The position numbers and the translations under genes were made by a program. 63,606 bases of DNA. Origin: Candidatus Zixiibacteriota bacterium. Its GTDB lineage: Bacteria > Zixibacteria > MSB-5A5 > GN15 > FEB-12. Positions 60,397 to 63,606 of this stretch are shown piece after piece (the first letter of the stretch is position 1; each line of letters starts with the position of its first letter). The stretch is from the NCBI GenBank assembly GCA_021163775.1, contig JAGGTI010000030.1:1-63606 (forward strand), read 5' to 3'. The notes beneath the pieces were generated by a model. The model made no database searches. It saw only the letters and a program-made list of their open reading frames with translations, and was not told where the DNA came from.

Positions 60397-61398
60397 GTGT
60401 CTGTGACGGATAACAAGCCTTTAGCCCTGGTCACCGGCGCAAATGGATTTGTCGGCTCGCGACTCTGTCGCCACCTACAGCAGATCGGCTACCATGTTAT
60501 TGCCGGAATACGCGAGGGGGCCGACCGATCGTTATTGCGTGATCTTGAGCTTGATTTTCGATTTGGCGACATAAACAAGCCCGAAACCTTACCGGAGATG
60601 GTTAAAGCGGTTGATTACATTGTGCACAACGCTGGGATTACAAAAACGACTCACAAGCCGAACTTCTTTACCGTCAACGAGCAAGGTGCGAGAAATCTGA
60701 TGGAAGCTGTTGCGGAACACAATCCCGATGTGAAACGGGTCGTGCATATTTCTTCGGTAGCGGCGGCGGGGTCATCATGGCCCGGCAAGCCTATTCGTGA
60801 ATCGGATCAACCTCGTCCGATCACCACTTATGGTGAATCGAAACTGGCGGGGGAAAAAGCGGCGCTTTCTTTTGCTGATCGGATCAATGTGATTTCTATA
60901 CGCCCACCCGGTGTCTACGGACCTGGCGACAAAGCGATTTTCGAGATTTTTAAGACGGTGCATATGCATATCAAACCAATGCTCGGCAACCCGCATCGCA
61001 AATTGCAATTGGTGCATGTGGATGACCTCTGTTATGGGGTTGAGCGGGGGTTGATCGCTGATGTCAAACCGGGCGGCGCATATTTTATCTGCGAGAAGGA
61101 ATCATACACTTATCGTGAACTGATCAACACTGTGGTGGTCGCTGTGGGACGTTGGACCGTACCGTTGATTTTGCCCTCGCCGTTGTTCCGAGCGGTGGCG
61201 ACTGTCTCGGAGTTTCTGTTTAAAGCCTTGGGTGCTGTCCCCAGGCTGACCCGGGAGAAGGCCAGCGAACTCAATTCTTTCTGGGAAATGGATGTCACCA
61301 AGGCGCGGGACGAACTGGGTTATGAGTCGCGCATTCCGTTCGATGAAGGTGCGGCATCGACATATCGGTGGTATGTCGATCAGGGGTGGTTGTCATGA
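60397..61398 (+). CDS. NAD-dependent epimerase/dehydratase (extended SDR)
   Basis: VTGANGFVG, YGESK, RPPGVYGPGD. Confidence 0.92.
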   Translation: MSVTDNKPLALVTGANGFVGSRLCRHLQQIGYHVIAGIREGADRSLLRDLELDFRFGDINKPETLPEMVKAVDYIVHNAGITKTTHKPNFFTVNEQGARNLMEAVAEHNPDVKRVVHISSVAAAGSSWPGKPIRESDQPRPITTYGESKLAGEKAALSFADRINVISIRPPGVYGPGDKAIFEIFKTVHMHIKPMLGNPHRKLQLVHVDDLCYGVERGLIADVKPGGAYFICEKESYTYRELINTVVVAVGRWTVPLILPSPLFRAVATVSEFLFKALGAVPRLTREKASELNSFWEMDVTKARDELGYESRIPFDEGAASTYRWYVDQGWLS

Positions 61399-61814
61399 TT
61401 TCATATGAGTTGTTGCTATACTGTGTGTTGGCCGCCGGGGCGTACTTGTTGAGTATGTCGCTCCTGTTAGACTGGCTTGAACGGAAACTCAAGCTGTCGT
61501 CAGGTGTACCGGAGGAGATGGTAGAAACTACCGGAGTGCGTTGGACTTTGGCTAATTTCACGATGGAACTTCTGTTCTATGTAGCGATACCGATGATAGT
61601 TTACAGTTTCTTTTACTATTTGTTGCCATTTTACGGTGTGCGGGCCGGAATAGCATCGGCCCTGTTCGCCTTTGGTTTGGGAGCGGTACCGGCGATGATT
61701 GGTCTGGCGGTGCGTATCAAACTCCCGATGCCGTACTTGATGTATATATTATTTTCAATTCTATTGAAGCTGATTGGTTGCCTGGCGATCATCGGTTACC
61801 TCTATACCTTATAG
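61395..61814 (+). CDS. Small 4-TM membrane protein
   Basis: ATGA overlap with the upstream gene; four hydrophobic segments. Confidence 0.7.
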   Translation: MISYELLLYCVLAAGAYLLSMSLLLDWLERKLKLSSGVPEEMVETTGVRWTLANFTMELLFYVAIPMIVYSFFYYLLPFYGVRAGIASALFAFGLGAVPAMIGLAVRIKLPMPYLMYILFSILLKLIGCLAIIGYLYTL

Positions 61815-61825
61815 GAGTCCTGGCC

Positions 61826-62992
61826 ATGAAGGCACAGACTGCCGCTCACATCGAAGAAGCCCGTCGGCTTTTTCCACATACCAAGAAGATTGCTTATTTT
61901 AATTCGGCGTCGTACTGTCCGTTCTGTACGCCAGTCCGAGAGGCGATTGTGTCCAATGTTGATCAACGCGTTGCGGCCGAACAAGACGATTCCCACGATG
62001 CCTTTGATGTTGCTGATGAACTGCGTGGCATCTACGCTAAGATGATTGGTGCTACGAAGCGCTCGGTCGGAATCGGGCTTAATACCAGTCACGGTTTGAA
62101 CATCGCCGCTTTCGGTTTGCCACTCAAGAAGGACGATGAAATATTGGTGTCCGATATTGAGTTTCCGGCCGTGATCTACTGTTTCAAAGCGGCCGCCGAG
62201 GCGCGCGATCTTAAGATGAAATTCATCAAATCGCACGATCACTGTTTTGATATCGGGGAATTCGAGAAAGCAATTACCAAACGTACCCGCGTGCTGGCAC
62301 TGTCATACGTTCAGTACTTTAACGGTTTCAAAAACGACCTGAAAACTATTGCCGATATATGTCACAAGCATAATATCTATCTGGTGGTCGATGGTATCCA
62401 GGGGATGGGAGTGGAACCGATCAACGTGCGTAAGTTTGGAATCGATGTGTTTGCTTCCGGTTGTCAGAAATGGATGCTTTCGCCGCAAGGGTGTGGGTTT
62501 TTCTACTTGTCGGATGAGATCCGTGAGAAGATCAAACCACCGTTCATGAGCTGGTTGGGCGTAGATTGGAAAATGCAGTTCTCCGATCTGTTCCATTATG
62601 ACCGTGACTATTTTGACTCGGCACAGAAGTACGAATTTGGTTACTATGCTGTGCTGAACCTGATGGGCATGAAAGCGGCGGCGCAGATAATCCAGGATCT
62701 TGGAATCGGCAACATTCGCCAACATAATCACGGTCTGATTGATCGTCTGGCTTCGTATATCCGATCGAACTCGTTCTATCAGATTACGTCATCGATGGAG
62801 AGCCTTTATCGTTCATCAATAACCACGTTTACGTGCAAGGATGTGAAAGGTCTGCATCGGGAATTGCTCAAGGACAAAATTATCCTGGTGAATCGCGAAG
62901 GTTCAATCCGGGTGTCGGTGCATCTGTTCAACGATGAGAGCGACATTGACAAACTGATCGGGGTGTTAGAGAAATTCGCGAAGGATAAATAG
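61826..62992 (+). CDS. PLP-dependent aminotransferase class V enzyme
   Basis: AGGAG RBS; YFNSAS, NTSHG, VVDGIQ, SGCQKW (PLP Lys), IRVSVHLFN; no catalytic-Cys loop. Confidence 0.88.
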   Translation: MKAQTAAHIEEARRLFPHTKKIAYFNSASYCPFCTPVREAIVSNVDQRVAAEQDDSHDAFDVADELRGIYAKMIGATKRSVGIGLNTSHGLNIAAFGLPLKKDDEILVSDIEFPAVIYCFKAAAEARDLKMKFIKSHDHCFDIGEFEKAITKRTRVLALSYVQYFNGFKNDLKTIADICHKHNIYLVVDGIQGMGVEPINVRKFGIDVFASGCQKWMLSPQGCGFFYLSDEIREKIKPPFMSWLGVDWKMQFSDLFHYDRDYFDSAQKYEFGYYAVLNLMGMKAAAQIIQDLGIGNIRQHNHGLIDRLASYIRSNSFYQITSSMESLYRSSITTFTCKDVKGLHRELLKDKIILVNREGSIRVSVHLFNDESDIDKLIGVLEKFAKDK

Positions 62993-63016
62993 CCAATAAC
63001 ATAACAGGAGATACCC

Positions 63017-63451
63017 ATGCGCCAGCTTGTTCTGCTAGTCTGCGTGGCAACATCGCTACTGATTACTGGCGTGGCAAACGCCGGGAACATTATCCCCACC
63101 TTGGAATCGAAATCGGGCAAGATCGGTTTCTATCCAATTTCCAACGAAATCTCGTATTATCGCAACTATGATGACACCGGCGAGAGTCGCGGTCAGACAC
63201 TTCAGATAGTCGCCATCAACGGTTTCAAGCTAATAACCGATTTTACCTTTGAGTTCACAGCCGACTACAACTGGGACTATTCTTACGCCGATCCGTTTGA
63301 TCTTGCCGCTGGTATGAATGCCCGTGATCATTATGTCGAATTATCACTGGTCAAGCCGGTGACATCGTTTGTCAGCCTGAATATCCAGCGGGTGATCTCG
63401 ACTTTCGAGTTGGAGCCTATCAACCAGTTCGGGGTGCGGCTGGTGTTTTAG
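63017..63451 (+). CDS. Secreted/outer-membrane hypothetical protein
   Basis: AGGAG RBS; signal peptide; amphipathic beta-strands ending QFGVRLVF. Confidence 0.7.
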   Translation: MRQLVLLVCVATSLLITGVANAGNIIPTLESKSGKIGFYPISNEISYYRNYDDTGESRGQTLQIVAINGFKLITDFTFEFTADYNWDYSYADPFDLAAGMNARDHYVELSLVKPVTSFVSLNIQRVISTFELEPINQFGVRLVF

Positions 63452-63487
63452 GTCTTATTATACTTTGTGGTCTCAAAGCCTCAAAGT

Positions 63488-63606
63488 AGATACCGTCTTG
63501 TCAGTCAATGAGAATATTGCGGATTAAACGGTTTTTTTGCAATCAGCATAGCTCGGCTGATAAGCAATAGCTTTCGCATTGCCGCCACCAGAGCCAGCTT
63601 TTTGGG
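63488..63606 (-). mobile_element. IS110-family insertion sequence: transposase C-terminus and right end (truncated by window edge)
   Basis: Minus-strand frame 63606-63505 reads PKKLALVAAMRKLLLISRAMLIAKKPFNPQYSH*, matching the IS110 C-terminal K..ALVAxMRKLL motif. It overlaps/is followed by TTGACTGACAAGACGGTATCT, similar to right ends of IS621-like elements. Confidence 0.75.

Noticed and set aside
61826-62992. Cysteine desulfurase (IscS/SufS) linked to the sulfur cluster
   Set aside because: It lacks the catalytic Cys loop (SSGSAC or RxGxHC) and lies 12 kb from the cluster in another operon.
1-63606. tRNA, rRNA, known riboswitch, prophage or defence genes
   Set aside because: None recognised by eye. 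An Rfam/tRNAscan/DefenseFinder run would be needed to exclude them formally.

Overview
Bacterial chromosomal window from a diderm (Kdo/LPS genes, TonB-dependent receptor, OmpA). Dockerin-tailed secreted proteins and a FlgD-Ig/T9SS-like C-terminal domain suggest an FCB-group lineage such as Ca. Zixibacteria (inference, no search run). The core, about 14-50 kb, is a near-complete dissimilatory sulfate-reduction supercluster: sat-aprBA, qmoAB with a separately transcribed qmoC, dsrABD-N-L-C, dsrT-MKJOP, siroheme genes (hemA, Met8/SirC-type, cobA-hemD, hemB) and a rhodanese-fused CoA-disulfide/persulfide reductase. Rex-like 18-bp operators sit at five of its promoter regions. Two inserts interrupt the cluster: a Ser/Thr kinase-TPR gene, and a gene for a cohesin-like, FlgD-CTD-bearing secreted protein bracketed by a 72-bp duplication of the qmoB 3' end plus terminator. 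The flanks carry dockerin-bearing secreted proteins (one an HExxH metalloprotease), an Arg-rich Myb-like protein resembling a linker histone, kdsA-kdsC-kdsD, an ArsR/ArsP/ArsF/ArsG-like operon, an AmmeMemo B+A fusion, at least five families of REP-like intergenic palindromes, and the 3' end of an IS110-family transposase at the right edge. The best candidate for an under-described system is a cohesin-dockerin, cellulosome-like extracellular proteolytic complex in a sulfate reducer. All calls come from reading the sequence only.
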